Positions 25,956-39,330 of a stretch of 64,000 nucleotides of DNA are shown piece by piece. Position 1 is the stretch's first letter; each line of letters starts with the position of its first letter. This stretch comes from Lama guanicoe (lineage: Eukaryota): contig MU053994.1 in the NCBI GenBank assembly GCA_013239625.1, forward strand, positions 3,539,589 through 3,603,588, in the 5' to 3' direction. Both the position numbers and the translations under genes were made by a program. A model generated the notes under the pieces. That model made no database searches and had not been told where the DNA came from. It was given only the letters and a program-made list of their open reading frames with translations.

Positions 25956-26715
25956 TCAGTATGAGTATTTCTCATATTATGAAAATTACTGATGAAATAA
26001 TTCTATATTTTTATTATAATGCAGATAGACTTTGAGTATATAACTGATAAATCTTTTTTATAAATTCAGAAACATTTTTAAAAAATGTACAAGGGTGGGG
26101 TTGGTGTTAGACAAATTTGATTCTCAGATATCAGTGAAAACTTCAGTGACCTTGAAGTATTGGACTTAATAGTTGTATTAAACATTCTCAGGTTGTTGGG
26201 CTCCCACATAATTTCCACAAGACACTGATATGAAAGAGGAAACACTAGAAAAATATTAGCATGATTACAACACAGAGGTTGGCATGGCACAGGGTTAATT
26301 TAGGCAATTCAGGGTTCAGCCTCCTTCTGTAGCTAAGACTGTTTAAGCATTTAAGTTATTACTGAATTAATGAATAAAATTAAGAATGACACTGTCTTAA
26401 ACTGGAATAAAGTTATTTCCTGGTGGTATAAGCTGGATGCCCTAAACTCAAATGAAAGACACCATCACCCTCTCCAGAAAAAGCTACCTGGACTAAACAT
26501 ATACCCCGATATTATGTGGCAAATCATTTTATATTCATTCAGTGAATGTCTGTGGTAACCACTGAGGCTACAGCTACCAATAAGGCAGACGTGGTCTCTG
26601 CCTGCTCCAAGTTTTATTCTATAAGAAAACAAGTAACAGGCAAGTAATTACAATGAAGAGTGATGGTCATTAAGACCACGGAGATACTCCTGCTGTAAAC
26701 AGAAAATCCCTTCAG

Positions 26716-27172
26716 TTGTTTGAGCCGACACTATAGGGCTCCACTCAAATCCTCTCTGATCCCTTTAACCATTCCCGAGTGCTCCTCCCCCAGCATCAGC
26801 GTGTTTTTGCTTCCAAAGCCCGCACCTGTGCCTTCAGAGGACTTCCCACAAGCTACTGGAATCATTTTGCCCACGTGGACGTGCCTGGGAGTTTAGGTCT
26901 CCCCCATCTGGCTATTAGTGCAGGAGAGTGAAAGCCCAACTACCTCCCCAGGGGGGAGAAGGGACAGCTCTGAGGGGTTACTCACAGCCTGAGCGCCCCT
27001 GTGGGAGCGGGCTGCAGCTACCCTCCACAAGACTCTGCCTGGCTCCCTCCCCTTCCCTTCCCTCCTCCTCTTGTTCCCTAACAGGTTTCTCCTGGGAGTA
27101 CTTCCTGACTGAATCATTTGCTCCTGAATCTCCTCATCAGGATTTTCTTTGGGGAAAACCCAACCTAAGGCA
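26716..27172 (+). mobile_element. ERVL LTR16-like solo LTR
   Basis: gggacagctctgagg…tcacagcct…gcgggctgcagc; terminus ggggaaaacccaacctaaggca. Confidence 0.75.
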
Positions 27173-27345
27173 ATAGTGTTTCTCCAAGTGACAACTGCAC
27201 CTAAATCATCTGGGAGCTTATGAAAAATGTTTAAAATGTTGATTCCTGAGCCTTCCCCAAGACCTCCTGAATCACAATCTCCTGGAGCATGTCACAATAA
27301 GCTCCCCTAATGAGTCTTGAACATCTAAAAAGTAAGAACCATTGC
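27173..27345. mobile_element. MER5-like hAT MITE
   Basis: agtgtttctccaag…aatcatctgggagc…gattcctgagcc…agaaccattg. Confidence 0.6.
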
Positions 27346-27747
27346 CCTGACACTGGCCGCTGAATAAACTCTCTGAAAGAAAAAGAAAAAAAAAAAAGGT
27401 AGGGCTGACTTCATCACTATGGTGGAGAAACCATAAGAAATGCAAAAGAACACTTCAGGGAGTAGAAGAGGATCTGAATACAAATGGGCTTCCTTCTGTA
27501 AACCACTGCTGAAAGATTCATTTTACCCTTCTTCCTTTAATACTAGTGAGCAAGTCACTAGACCCTTTTGTTTTCCAGTGGAAACATGATTGCTTTTGGA
27601 CACAGCACAGTGTTGGTATACACTGAACATGTTGTAATTCAAAAGTTAACCAAAAGATATCCTTTCCATTGAGCCACTTAAGATCACAAGTACTCGTTGG
27701 CCTCCTGAGGACATGACACTGTGCTCTGTGCTAATGGTGATTGCAAT

Positions 27748-28330
27748 AGCCAAGATTCTTTTGGTTGCAAGTGACAGAGAGCTCAAACCAGCTTAAATAA
27801 TACAGAGAATCTATTGGCTCACATAATTAGAAGGTTGAGATGTATGCTAGCTTCATGTGAGGCTTGATCCAGGATTCAAATGACATAACTGAAGATTCAC
27901 TTTCTCCCAGTCACATCATTGTGCATTCTGTGGCACTGGATTTATTCTTAGGGTCCACAAGGTGGCCCTCAGAGCTCCAGGCTCTACCCTTGAAGTAGCA
28001 AAACAGCTGCCACTGTCTCAGACTTTACTTCCTTATTTATCAGCATCCAGGAAAAAAGAAGAGAAGTCTTATACAGTAGTTCCTGCCTCTGTTCTAGGAT
28101 TCACTCTCTCATTGGCCTGGTATAAGGCACATGACCATGCCTGAACCAATCACTGTAGCCAGGGAATGAGAGTCACTGAATAATTTAACCAACCAGGGCC
28201 CACCCTTGAGCTAGGTGTGGGAATCAATCTCCTGGCTGAGAACTGAAGGATAGGAAAAAGCCCCAAAGGAAAGTCAGGACACTTTCAGCAGGAGAAGGAA
28301 GGGTAGAATGAATGACGGGTGGCTTCCTGT
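27748..28330 (-). mobile_element. Old MaLR (MLT1J/K-like) LTR
   Basis: gattcttttggttgcaagtgacagaga…cagcttaaataa…tgcctgaaccaatcactgtagccagggaatg. Confidence 0.72.
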
Positions 28331-28339
28331 TCTCCTAGT

Positions 28340-28700
28340 CACCCAAACACTGGCAATTAGCTTTATCTTAGCACTCTAGTTCTTTCTCCATGTTCTGCTA
28401 GTCACCAGACCCTGTCAATTTTCTTTTCAAAATTTCTTTTAGATTCTTCCTTTCTTTTCCATTTCTTCATTCTTCACCTCAGTCCATCCCTCCACCCCCC
28501 TCCCCATCAACCCATACTTAGATATTGCTTCACTTTATTCATTGGGCTTCTGACTCCAACTGCTTGTCCCATCCTACTCACCACAGAGAGGCCCAAATCA
28601 GGTCCAAGAGAGAGAATTCTCAGTATCCAGAATAGTGCCTGGTGTGTAGTAGGCATTCAAAAGGTTTTTGTCGAATGATGAATGAATGAATGAATGGATT
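28340..28700 (+). mobile_element. L2 fragments ending in (GAAT)n
   Basis: agaatagtgcctggtgtgtagtaggcattcaa…gaatgaatgaatgaatg (L2 3' terminus). Confidence 0.7.
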
Positions 28701-29924
28701 CATAGCCTTTATCACTTCCTTGAATTCTCTTTTATTTGTTTTGTTTATAGCTTTTCTCCTTCAATCCTTGAACCTAGAAAGTGTCTGGAACATAGTAAGT
28801 ACACCATGTATGTTTGTTAAATAAATTAATGGTTATTTGTTTCTTGAATTGGGTTAGAGTCACTCGTAATTAGGAAGAAATTGAGGAACCCAAAAGAAAC
28901 AAAGTGGATGAATTCTTAGGAAGACAACAAATAACAGAAGAAATGCAATTTTTGTAGAGGAGGGGAGAGTCAACAGTATCAGAGCTGAAGAAGTATGAGA
29001 GAGCAGGGACAAAAAAAAGGGCATTGGATTTAGTTCTACTAAATGAAAGTAGTTCTGCTAGCTATCTTTTCTGGAGAAAAACAAATGAAAATCTCACACA
29101 GCATTTGGAATTTTTCGTGCCATCCCAGCTATGAGAGATTTCAAAGGTAAAGTGGGAAATTAAACAGGTATCTCCTCTTTAATTTCCTTTTCTGTATTTC
29201 CTGGCACTTTCTTTCCAGACTTCCACTAAACTGTCACACTATAAGGTAAAAATGCACAATCAGCTGCAGTGTGTCCAGTGGGTGACTTACACAGAGTCCA
29301 GCCCTGGCTAAGCTGGGAAGAGTCATGTAAGTCTCCCAAGCCTCAGTAGAAAGGAGTATAATTTACTATACTAAGGTGCACTATGGAAAAGGTCAAGTGA
29401 TTAATAAGTCACCAATATAAAATACTGGTAGGTTTAATCATTTACCCTCCCTGGGCATGGATGGAGCAGATTCTCTTGCGGGGTCTTTTCTGGCAGTATG
29501 AGTCCGCAAAACTCTCAAGGAGATAGTTTCTTCTTACCATACCTTCTCATAAATGATACCTTTGATTAAAAAATGAAGACCCTTTTCCTGAAAAATCTTT
29601 ATTCTCCTAGTGATAACCTATAATGTCAGGATCTGCACTAATAAGATGTCTTCCATTTTGGTCAAGAGAAAAAAATAACTATTGGGATTTCCACAGGCTG
29701 TTTGTGGTAATTCCCAGATTTGATGGGAACTCTTCAATGATATTTTACCTTAAGCATTCTAATCAAATATTTCCCATTCAAGCTTATTTATCCTTGTTAT
29801 CTATTTTAAATTGTCTTGTAAATGGAGACAATAGCTAAGAAAGTAACCCTTTGAAAGACAATAGCAAAAGCAAACTAAGGGGAAAAGATAGAAATTCTAA
29901 TGGTCTGTAAAGAAATGATGGAAG

Positions 29925-30150
29925 GATCATTTGTTGAGGGCTTATTGTACATTCCAGACACTATATGAAGACATTTACACATATTTCATTTAATACACAT
30001 AACAACTTTATGAGGTAGATATTATTGCCCTCATTTTACAGATGAGGAAACTGAGACCTGGAGAGAGGTCGAGTAATGTGCCAAGGATTACACAGCTAGA
30101 ACGAGAAGGATCAGTGTTTGAACCAAATCTGCCAGATCTCAAAACCCGAA
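29925..30150 (-). mobile_element. MIR SINE
   Basis: tgaggtagatattattgccctcattttacagatgaggaaactgagac. Confidence 0.85.
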
Positions 30151-30512
30151 TCATGGTGCACCCTGACATTGACTTTCCCGTGCTTCTCTGAGGCAGTAAG
30201 TTTTTTTTTTTTTCAGATTAAGCAAAGTATGCCTCAGGCAAAGGGTACAATGGGTTGAATTAAAACAGGAAACAGCTACAATAATAATTGTTCCTACTTA
30301 CTGAAATTTTATTTAGTGCCGGGCACTGTGCTAAGTGTTTTTTGAGCATTTATTTGCTCAGTCAATAAAACTTTATTGAGCCTTTATTACATAGTAGGCA
30401 CTGAGGGTATAGTAGTGAGCAAAATCGACATGATTTTTGCTCTCTTGGAGCTTATAAGTTAGTGAGAGAAGCAGACATAAATCAGATAATCACAAAGACA
30501 AATGTATAATTA

Positions 30513-31813
30513 TTTCCACAAGAGTGCCAAGACTCAATAGAGAAAGGACAGTCTTTTCAAAAAATGGTGCTGGGAAAACCAGATATCCACATGCAAAAGA
30601 ATGAAGCTGAAACCTTACCTTATACTATATAAAAAATTAACTCAAAATGGATCAAAGACCTAAGTGTAAGACCCAATACTATAAAACTCTTAAAAGAAAA
30701 CAGAGGAAAAGCTTTATGACATTGGATTTGGCAATCATTCAGGGGATAGGACACCAAAAGCAGAGGCAACAAAAGTAAAAATAGATTAATTGGATAATAT
30801 CAAAATTTAAAACTTCTGTGCATCAAAGGACACACTCAGAATGAAAAGCAACTATGGAATGGGGGGAAGTACTTGCAAATTGTATTATCTGATAAAGGGT
30901 TAATATCCAGAATATATGAAGAACTCCTACAACTCAACAATAAAAAAAAAATAACTCAATTTAAAAATGGGCAAAGGACTTGAATAGACATATCTCCAAA
31001 GAAGATACACTAATGGCCAACAAGGATATGAAAAGATGCTCAACCTCATTAATCATAAGCGAAATGCAAATCAAAACCACAATGCGATGTCATCTCACAC
31101 TCATTAGGATAGCTGCTATTAGGAGAAAAAACCATACAGAAAATAACGAGTGTTGCTGAGAATGTGGAGAGTTCAGAACCCTTTGCACTGTTGGTGCAAA
31201 TGTAAAATTATATAACTGCTGTGGAAAACAGTATGGCAGTTCCTCAAAAAGTTAAAAATATAACTACCATGTGATTCAGCAATACCACTTCTGGGTATAT
31301 ATCTAAAAAAAAAAAATGAAACCAGGGTCTCAAAGAGATTTGTACACCCAGCATTATTTCCAATAGCCAAGAGGTGGAAGCAACCCAGGTATCTATCCAC
31401 CGATGACTGGATAAACAAAATGTGGTTGATCCATACAGTGGAATGTTATTCAGCCTTAAAAAGGAAGGAGACTGTGATGCATGTTACAATATGGGTGAGC
31501 CTTGAGGACATCACACTAAGTGAAATAAGCTGGTCAAAAGAGCCAAATACTGTATGATTTCAGAAATATGAGTTATAGAGAGTAAACTCATGAAAAGAGA
31601 AAGTAAAATGGTGGTTGCCAGGGGCTGAGGGGAAGAGGGAATGGGAAGCTATTGTTTCATGGGTACAAAGTTTCGATTTTGCAAGATGAAAAAGTTCTGG
31701 CGGTGGATTGCACAACAATGTGAAGATACTTAACACTGTACAGTTAAAAATTATTAAGATGGTAAAATTTATGTTATATGTATTTTATCACAATTACAAA
31801 TTTTAAAATAATT
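30513..31813 (+). mobile_element. L1 (L1MA/MB-like), 5'-truncated, ORF2 3' part plus 3'UTR, with TSD
   Basis: aaatggtgctgggaaaac…atcaaagacctaa…gaaatgcaaatcaaaaccacaatg…cagcaataccacttctgggtatat. TSD CAAATGTATAATTA (30499-30512) / CAAATGTATGATTA (31814-31827). Confidence 0.93.
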
Positions 31814-31829
31814 CAAATGTATGATTAAA

Positions 31830-32010
31830 ACATTTATCTCTAATCTTTTTTAACAACTCTGTAAGAGAGCTTTTTACTGTGCTCATTTTATAGAAGAAAC
31901 TCAGTTTTCGAGAGGCCATATCAGTTGCCCAAGGTGACACAATTAGTCATAGGTAGAGATGGAATTTGAACTCATTTCCTGAGCCTAAAGTTCATGCTCT
32001 CAACTGTCAT
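31830..32010 (-). mobile_element. MIR SINE (likely continuation of the MIR piece at ~30281-30350)
   Basis: ctcattttatagaagaaactcag…ttgcccaaggtgacaca…ggaatttgaactc. Confidence 0.75.
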
Positions 32011-32248
32011 CTGACTTAGCTAGCCAGGTCTTCAAATGAGTCAACCAAACTACCTCTTGCTGGGTTTGGTCACTGAGGTTGGAGAAACCAGAGCACCCGG
32101 TTGAGAGTGGAGTGTGGGTCAGCAGTAGGTGTCAAGGGTGCTGATGAAAGGCTAATCTCTCATAATTATGCCAACCCCTCTCCCCTCCCAGCCAAAGAGC
32201 ACTGCATCTAAGTGTGGAATCTAGATAGCAGTCTGGTTTCCTTTATTT

Positions 32249-32411
32249 TTTTATTTTAAAGGCATATTCTGTTTGTTTGTTTGGGGGGGTAGTAACTAGG
32301 TTTTTATTTCTTTCTTTATTTTTAATGTAGGTACTGGGGATTGAACCAGTACATGCTAAGCTCGTGCATGCTAAGCATGCGCTTTACCCCTGAGACATAC
32401 ATACCCTCCCC
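32249..32411 (-). mobile_element. tRNA-derived SINE (Vic-1-like) with 17-bp TSD
   Basis: tRNA-like head with B box GGTTCAATCC on minus. Flanked by TCTGGTTTCCTTTATTT (32232-32248) and TCTGGTTTTCTTTATTT (32412-32428). Confidence 0.9.
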
Positions 32412-34055
32412 TCTGGTTTTCTTTATTTCTATCCCATAAATTTTCTACGTGTTTCCTTCTCCATCAAAGGTAATATCTTAAGCCTAAGTGGAGATCGGGG
32501 ATAGAGACTTTTAGCAGAGTAGCTGCCTTCAAAGCCCGTTGGCAGGGCAGAGGGCAACCAGGGCATGAGTTTCTAGGATAAAGCCCTTGGTTACATCCCA
32601 GAGTTCCAGTTAAATCACAGGTTGCTTTAGCCCAAATAAGGTAACTGGTGGATGTGAGCCAGAGAGAATTTTTTTTCCAGGGAAAGGAGACAAAAAGGGG
32701 ACAGATGCCCTTGCCAGATGATCCTGGGGGCAGGGGTGGAAATGGCCTGTTGGGGCTAGTGTAACGTTAAAGAAAGCGCTCCAGACGATGAGTCGAGCAG
32801 ACCAAGCCTGATAGCGTTGTGAGGACTGTGCTCTAGGCCAAAGGAGAAATACAGGCAGCAGATAGCTAGAATGGACTTGGGGGTAGACTGAGTGCTACCC
32901 CCTTAAGTGGGAACAAACAGGGACAGAACTTTTGGTCAAGTGAAGGCATGTAGCCCTGTAAGCTCAGAAATACCCAGGTAACATGGAGGGGCTAGACACA
33001 GTTCACAGCTGCACAAGCAAACTACAGCTTCATTCCCAAAAGATTTAAAAGTTTCTAGCAATTCTTTACGATCATGAACTTGAGAATATAAAAATGGCTG
33101 GAAAAGGATTCTGGGCATTTTGATAATACAGCTTCTCTAACCAACGTGATACTTTTCAATAAGAAGAAAAAGCCGGGCCAACTGTCTCTCCCCTTAGCCT
33201 GTGAGCGATTTTCCCTACAATTACTTTTGCTGAAAGCAATATAACAAACGTTAAAAAGAACACTAGAGTCCAGGATGGCCTGGAATGAATGTTTGAAGGA
33301 GACAAGGAATATCATTTGAGTGAATTTATCACATAAAAGACCACATAGGCCACTTAGAATGGTAAGTCAGGGCTCTCAGGCTGAACTGAGAGATGCCCAT
33401 TCCCTTATGAATAGCTAAATTAAGGCAACTAAATCAGCAATAGGCTTGTAGAAAAATGCACTCAACTTGAATGCTTCAAATTCTGAGAATTCTAAGACAT
33501 CGGGGGTCATTTTTTGTTTAACCTGGGGCTATCTGAAGTCGTAAAACCCAGCACTAAAAGTCATTACGTATCAACATACACACAAATAATTGTACCACTC
33601 TGAGCTCTTCTACTGACTTTTGACGGAGAGGAATAAACATTGCAGCTGGTCTCTAAGCTGAAATTGCCTGAGTCATGAATCTTTATCCTTTGTGACCTGG
33701 GAGGTAGGACAAATGCTGAGGAGGGAGGCGGGGAGAGGCTTCCAGTTAAGTCATCATTTATGTCTGGAACACTGAGGCAGTTTTATTGTACCTTACCAGG
33801 CACTTGTGGGAGGCAGTGCCTCCTCTGGGAGACCAGGCGCTGAGGCTGTGCCGGAGAAAATGGTTACGGGAGAATGATGGAAGGCATCAGAGCTCTCAGA
33901 AATGAAGGGACGGAACACATTTTGGCAAGGGAAAAACGGCTTTCTTTAGCAAGTTCCTCTATAACTGGGTTTTAAAGTTAATTTTCTTTCCAATATCCAC
34001 TTTCGCTTCTGCTTGAATTCAAAGAAATAAACTCAGTTGTAATGTGTTAATATCA

Positions 34056-34650
34056 GTCACTCACTCATTCCTTCTTTCTTTTGGTGCCGACTAGGTGCCT
34101 GGCATTTTCTCAGCAAGGGAGGCACCGGGGGAGCAAAACAGAAGAAGATAGCTTCATCAAAGGACCAAACAAAATGGAGAGAGAATTGTAAATGAAGATC
34201 AGTGCTCTCAGGGAAGACACCACTGATATGCATAAAGTGGGAACTTAACCTAGACTGGGGATCTGGTAGTGGGAAGTCAGAGAAAGCTTCCCCAGGCAGA
34301 CTCATGGACTAGGCCAAGGGTTGGGGTGGGGGTGAGGTCCAGACAGAAGAAATAGTTTGCTCAAAGGCCTCGTGGCTTATTTTAGGACCTGAAAGAAGAC
34401 CTGTGTGACAGGAATGGAGGGAAATGAAGGGAAGAGAAACCCAAGATGAGGTTGGGGGCATGGTAAAGATTTTGATCCCCTTGGGGAGCAATTGATGAGT
34501 TTTAAACAGGGCTTGGCCACAATTAGATTTGCATAGTGAAAAAAAAATCCCTTCTATTGCAGTTTGGAGATTATATTGGAAGGGGAGTAAGAATGGATGG
34601 TGAGAAACTACTCAGGGTTTCATTTAGTAGAGAGTTGATGATGGATTTTA
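34056..34650 (-). mobile_element. L2 LINE fragment (resumes at ~35135-35225)
   Basis: Starts cactcactcattc; aagtcagagaaagcttccc, ttttaaacaggg…attagatttgcat. Confidence 0.7.
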
Positions 34651-34659
34651 TGAAGGTGG

Positions 34660-35132
34660 TGTGCTGGCTGGTCTCTACCTGCTCTTGCAAGTTTACTCTC
34701 CACCTTCTCCATCCTACTTTATGCTCTGGGAAGCTGAACTCTATGAACTACATAAGCAAGATCCCACGTCCTCTGGCTTCTGGTTGAGCTTGGCCAATAG
34801 GGAACCCCTAGAGGAGACTGAAAATTTGGAGGACAATGAGGTCAGGGAACTTATTTTCCCAATTCCCTCCTTTCTGGGTTGCCTCTGGCTGGCTGTGCCC
34901 CTCAACAGAAGATCATGCTTCTCTCAAATTTACCTTGTGTATTTGACTCTCTCTTTCTGGATAATTGCTCCCTCCTCTGGTCCCTTCAGGCCTCTGGCTG
35001 GTATAGCTTTGCTCTTATTTCCAAGGGTTTCTCTGTTTTCTATTCTATGTGGTTTCTCTGCCCTCATCCCTTTGTAAATAATCCCTCCTCTAATGATCCC
35101 ATTTTGAGTATGTCCTAGGTCTCCTGTCAGTA
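34660..35132 (+). mobile_element. ERVL LTR33-like solo LTR interrupting L2
   Basis: TGT start; ctctggcttctggttgagcttggccaatagggaaccc; tttgtaaataatccct. Confidence 0.7.
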
Positions 35133-35904
35133 CTCTCATTGACATAGGTGGTGGCAGGCTATGTAGGGAAATGAACAGACTAGACATTTATTTAGGAGGT
35201 TAAATGAGCAGGGTTGGTGATGGTAAAAGGCATTACTTATAGACATAAAAATATTACAGCAATAGTACTTTAATTTTTAGCACTAGCGAAATAGATGCTA
35301 TGGTCTACTAGTTGAAAATTACTTTTGTGTTCATCGTCATTTATGGGAATTGTGATTTTCAAAAGCAGCAAGGTGCCAATACTGAAAGGAAGACAAGCGT
35401 TGAACTCTGGATTTTTAGTAACTTCTTGGAGCTATGCTGAAAACACTCATCTCATCTTCAAGTTTTCATTGTCCTAATCATTTCTCACCATTTTTTTTTT
35501 CAAGAAAAAAAAACGTTTTCAACATTCCTGTGGGTCTCCTCTGTATCCTTTCCACATCCCTAGTTTGGGAATCTGATGTAAAACACACTTCTCTAGAAAT
35601 GTTTTAAATGTTACAGGAAATAAAGAGAAATTAATCAAAGACATTATTAATAGTATCTTTGCAATCATAGAAGGGGCATGAGGAAGGAGTGTATTCTGGG
35701 TGATTTTCTTTATACTTTATGCATTTACTGAATGTTCTATAATGAACACATAGTTTTCTAATTAAATAAAAATACAAGATAGAAAGGCAAATGTTTCCAG
35801 TTCCCAGGTCTTAAAATCCAAATTCCATAGTAACAGTTAACACTAGACTTTGCAGAGATCCAGAAAACAAACCTGCTTCTTAATTTAAAGCAATTGTTTG
35901 TAAT

Positions 35905-36060
35905 CAGGACTGACTACATAATTTGTGGAGCCCATTGTAAAATGAAAACATAGATCCCTTGTTTTCTTGGAATTTCTAAGAATTCCAAGACAACAACAAC
36001 AGAAGAGTGTTAAGTGAAGCGTGGGGCCCCTTCTAAGGGCCCCTGGTTGTCATCATCGTC
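35905..36060. mobile_element. hAT-like MITE fragment (family not assigned)
   Basis: caggactgactacataatttgtggagcccattgtaaaatgaaaa…ggggccccttctaagggcccc. Confidence 0.55.
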
Positions 36061-36821
36061 ACCCATAGATACAACGGCCTTTTCGTCACATTAGGCAAAA
36101 TCTGAGAACTGGAACTAGCTTCTACAGACTTTGGTGAGGAGAAACAGACTTTATGGGTGGTAATAACCGACTTTGCCACTTTTTGGTGTTTTCTTCTTTT
36201 CTGTACAATTTTGATGGTAGTTATTAATTTGTGTCTGATACCAAAATTCATTTTTTAGAAATGAAACTTGTAGTGAGTTACGTGGATCTTTCCCCAAGGC
36301 TACATGTTACATATTATGCAATAAACAAGTTGAAGCACAACCTTTGATGATCAGGCTCAACCCCAGGATGAGGCCTGCAGCATCCCTCACCCTCAGCAGC
36401 CTGGAATATTTACTCTACTGACAAACCATTTGAGTCTGGCTGTCGAGTTAGTGGTTAAAATATGGGCCCCCCAAACTACTGAACTTTCTTCCTGACTCTG
36501 TGTTTAAATTACCTCGAATAGCTTATTTCATCCTGCCGTGAAAGGGAAATAATTAAATTCTAAGTCCCAACCTAGAGAGGTACCAAATGAAGTCACAGCT
36601 TGGAGAGCCTCAGATAAAATATGCTCTGAGAATGCAAATCTTCCCTCACTGCTTCAGCCCCTAGCTCCTATTTAGCTGAGGGGCGACCTCTTTCTAAAAG
36701 CCTTTTTTGATACCCTCCCGGGCCTGGTCCCTGCTCTGTGCTTCCATAGCAACCTGGACACACAACTATTGTAGCTTTTCCTACATTGTGAGAAATTACA
36801 TTTGGGTATGTCCTTCCCACC

Positions 36822-37192
36822 ATGCTATGTGCTGCCTATATCCTCCTTCAAGGAGGGACTTGCTGCCCAGCTACACGAAGGGTGGTCAGCCCCTTCAGGG
36901 CCTGCTTCCCCCACTGACAGCCTTCTGGCCACAATCAGTGACTGATCAAGCTGGGAATTTCAGGTCTTAGCCCATTCAGCCAGATTCAGGACAGCTCCCA
37001 TGGACCATTTTTGCTCCAGAGCTCCCTGCCGGGTTTGGGGAGAATCTGTGGGACTTGCACTGCAGTTCAATTTCTCTCTCTGCCCACTCCTGCTTCTCGA
37101 GCATTCCCTTCACAGGTGTTGATCCCTAACAACCATCATGTAGCCCAAACTCTATCTCACTGTTTGCTTTTGGAGAATCCGATCTAAGAGAC
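36822..37192 (+). mobile_element. ERVL-class solo LTR (related to the copy at ~43740-44170)
   Basis: gggacttgctgcccagct…cagccccttcaggg…ttctctctctgcccactcctgcttc…ctcactgtttgctttt. Confidence 0.6.
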
Positions 37193-38919
37193 AGACAGTG
37201 CCTCAGTATTTGTGAATCTCAGCACCTTGTCACAGTGCATACTCAGTCTGTGCTGGGTGAACCGAACAGTTTACTATGGCCTTAAAAATACGGTGTTATT
37301 CTTGATTTCCTCTCTCCCTTCCACAGAGAACCATATGATGAAAATCGTTGTGAAGCTTTTTAACATTGTTAAACATACCACCAATAAAGAAAAATGTAAT
37401 AAAGTGGTGCTGAAATATCTTTAAACAAATTATCAGCCAATATAATCTTTATGTGTTATCTGTATAATTTTTTAACATAATAACATCAGTGTTTTAATAT
37501 AGTATCAGACTCTGCCAGTGTCTTTACAGACTGTTAAAGTGACGCCTTTGTTTAAGCCTTGGGAAAATGTTTATTTGTTGGTAGGAATAAGGGTGATCCC
37601 CAAAGTGCTTTTTAATATGAAGAATGCAGCATGGATTCTTAGTTATAGGTTTTCTTTATAACACCTTTTTGTTCGTTTTTGAACAAGATGCTTTAGAAGA
37701 CAAATCAGGTTGGGGGAACTGAAGGAAGCAATGAAGAGAACAAATAAACAAGCTGCTAGCAATGTCAAGAGGCTGTGAGTGACGTTACGGCTGCTAAATC
37801 AGGTCCCACTGCAATTAGATTTGGGAATAAAATTGGAAGAAAAATCAAAAGAAAACAAAACAAGTGCCAAACAACCTCCCCCCTACTACCACCCTCTTAA
37901 AGAAACTCCTCCCGCAACAATCCACAAAAAATTTGCTATCCACTAATCTAACATCATGCCAAGTACAGCAGCTTTGATTTCCAATTAACAGGCACTAAAT
38001 TAATCTAAATGCAATGGGTTTTGCAGATCTCAAGGGAGAGGGGCATTCAAGTGGATGAGAAGAGGCAAACTGGGGTAAGACAATTTGTGAGACCACAAGA
38101 GGACCTGATACAGAAGTTGTCTTTTCAGAAAAGCAAGTTTATCAATTTGTAAATTAATATCCATGTTGTCCTCTGAAAATGATGGAAATTTTGGTTAAAC
38201 TAAATATTATAATTTTCAAATCCTTTGCAACTGTTTATTCAAAACAATGTTGCCGTCAAAACTATAGAGGCAGGAAAAAGATCAGTGGTCGGGAGAGGAT
38301 GGAAGGAAAGAATAAGGATTGCTCAGCCAATAGATGAGAGTAATTGGTCTATAAATACTCCAGCTCCCTGGCCCCTTGGGTGGACTAACTCTGAGGTTGT
38401 ATGTGCTCCACTGGCTCCCAGAGTTCTTCAGTGGACCTAGGTTCAAGTCACAGAAACAACTTCATTATTCCAATTTTATATATGTTTCAAATTAGATTCA
38501 GGGGCATGCCCAAGTGATACTTAATCCTAACCTTTCTCTTCAGACTCCTATCTCATGCTATTCCAGAGGTGAGGGGATCTCCAATGTTTCCTGCAATTTT
38601 AACAATCTAAAATTCTTACAGCCAGGCGACTGAGTTCTGATTCATCAAGGTTCTTCTTACTTGGACTCTATTTTATCATCTTTCTGAATGTGTACTAGTA
38701 TGTCCATCAGTATAAATAATATAATTACGTCAAAATTTCCTGGAATTTGGATTCCTAGAAATCAAGAACTTTTTACTTCACTTGCTTAAAAAATAGCATA
38801 AGTATGAATAGTTGAATGCATTTATGTCTCCAAACAACCCTATGAAGTAGATCACGTTACTTTCAGATGATGAAAATGGAGGCACGAAGAGGTTTCGCAT
38901 CTTAACCAAGTTCCCATGG

Positions 38920-39330
38920 TGTGTTACATTGCATTATTTGCTTACAATTTTTCCTTCTTGCCTTGTCCCCTCTCCATGGAAGGCATATACTTCCCTGTTC
39001 CAGTGACATAATGACATAAACTTTGGCCAATGAAATGTTAGTCTGCATGACACAAGTAGAGGTTTTACATGTGCCTGCATGGTTTTACTGTCTTTCTTCC
39101 ACTTCTGCCATCCACTGTGAGGGAACCTACCCCGAGAATCTTCTCCAGAATGAGGAGATGTGTGAAGTACACTTGAACCCAACCTACAGCCTGGAACCAA
39201 GCCCAGCCGACTCCAGCTGAACCCAACAGAGCCATAGTCAATCTACTGGCTTCTAAGGGAGAAAACTAAGGGAGATTTGATGGTTATTTATTACACAGCT
39301 TTATGTCAGCAAAATCATGACTAATACACA
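38920..39330 (+). mobile_element. MaLR (MLT1H/I-like) LTR
   Basis: ctttggccaatgaaatgttag…acctacagcctggaaccaagcccagcc…ggttatttattacacagc…gactaataca. Confidence 0.75.
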
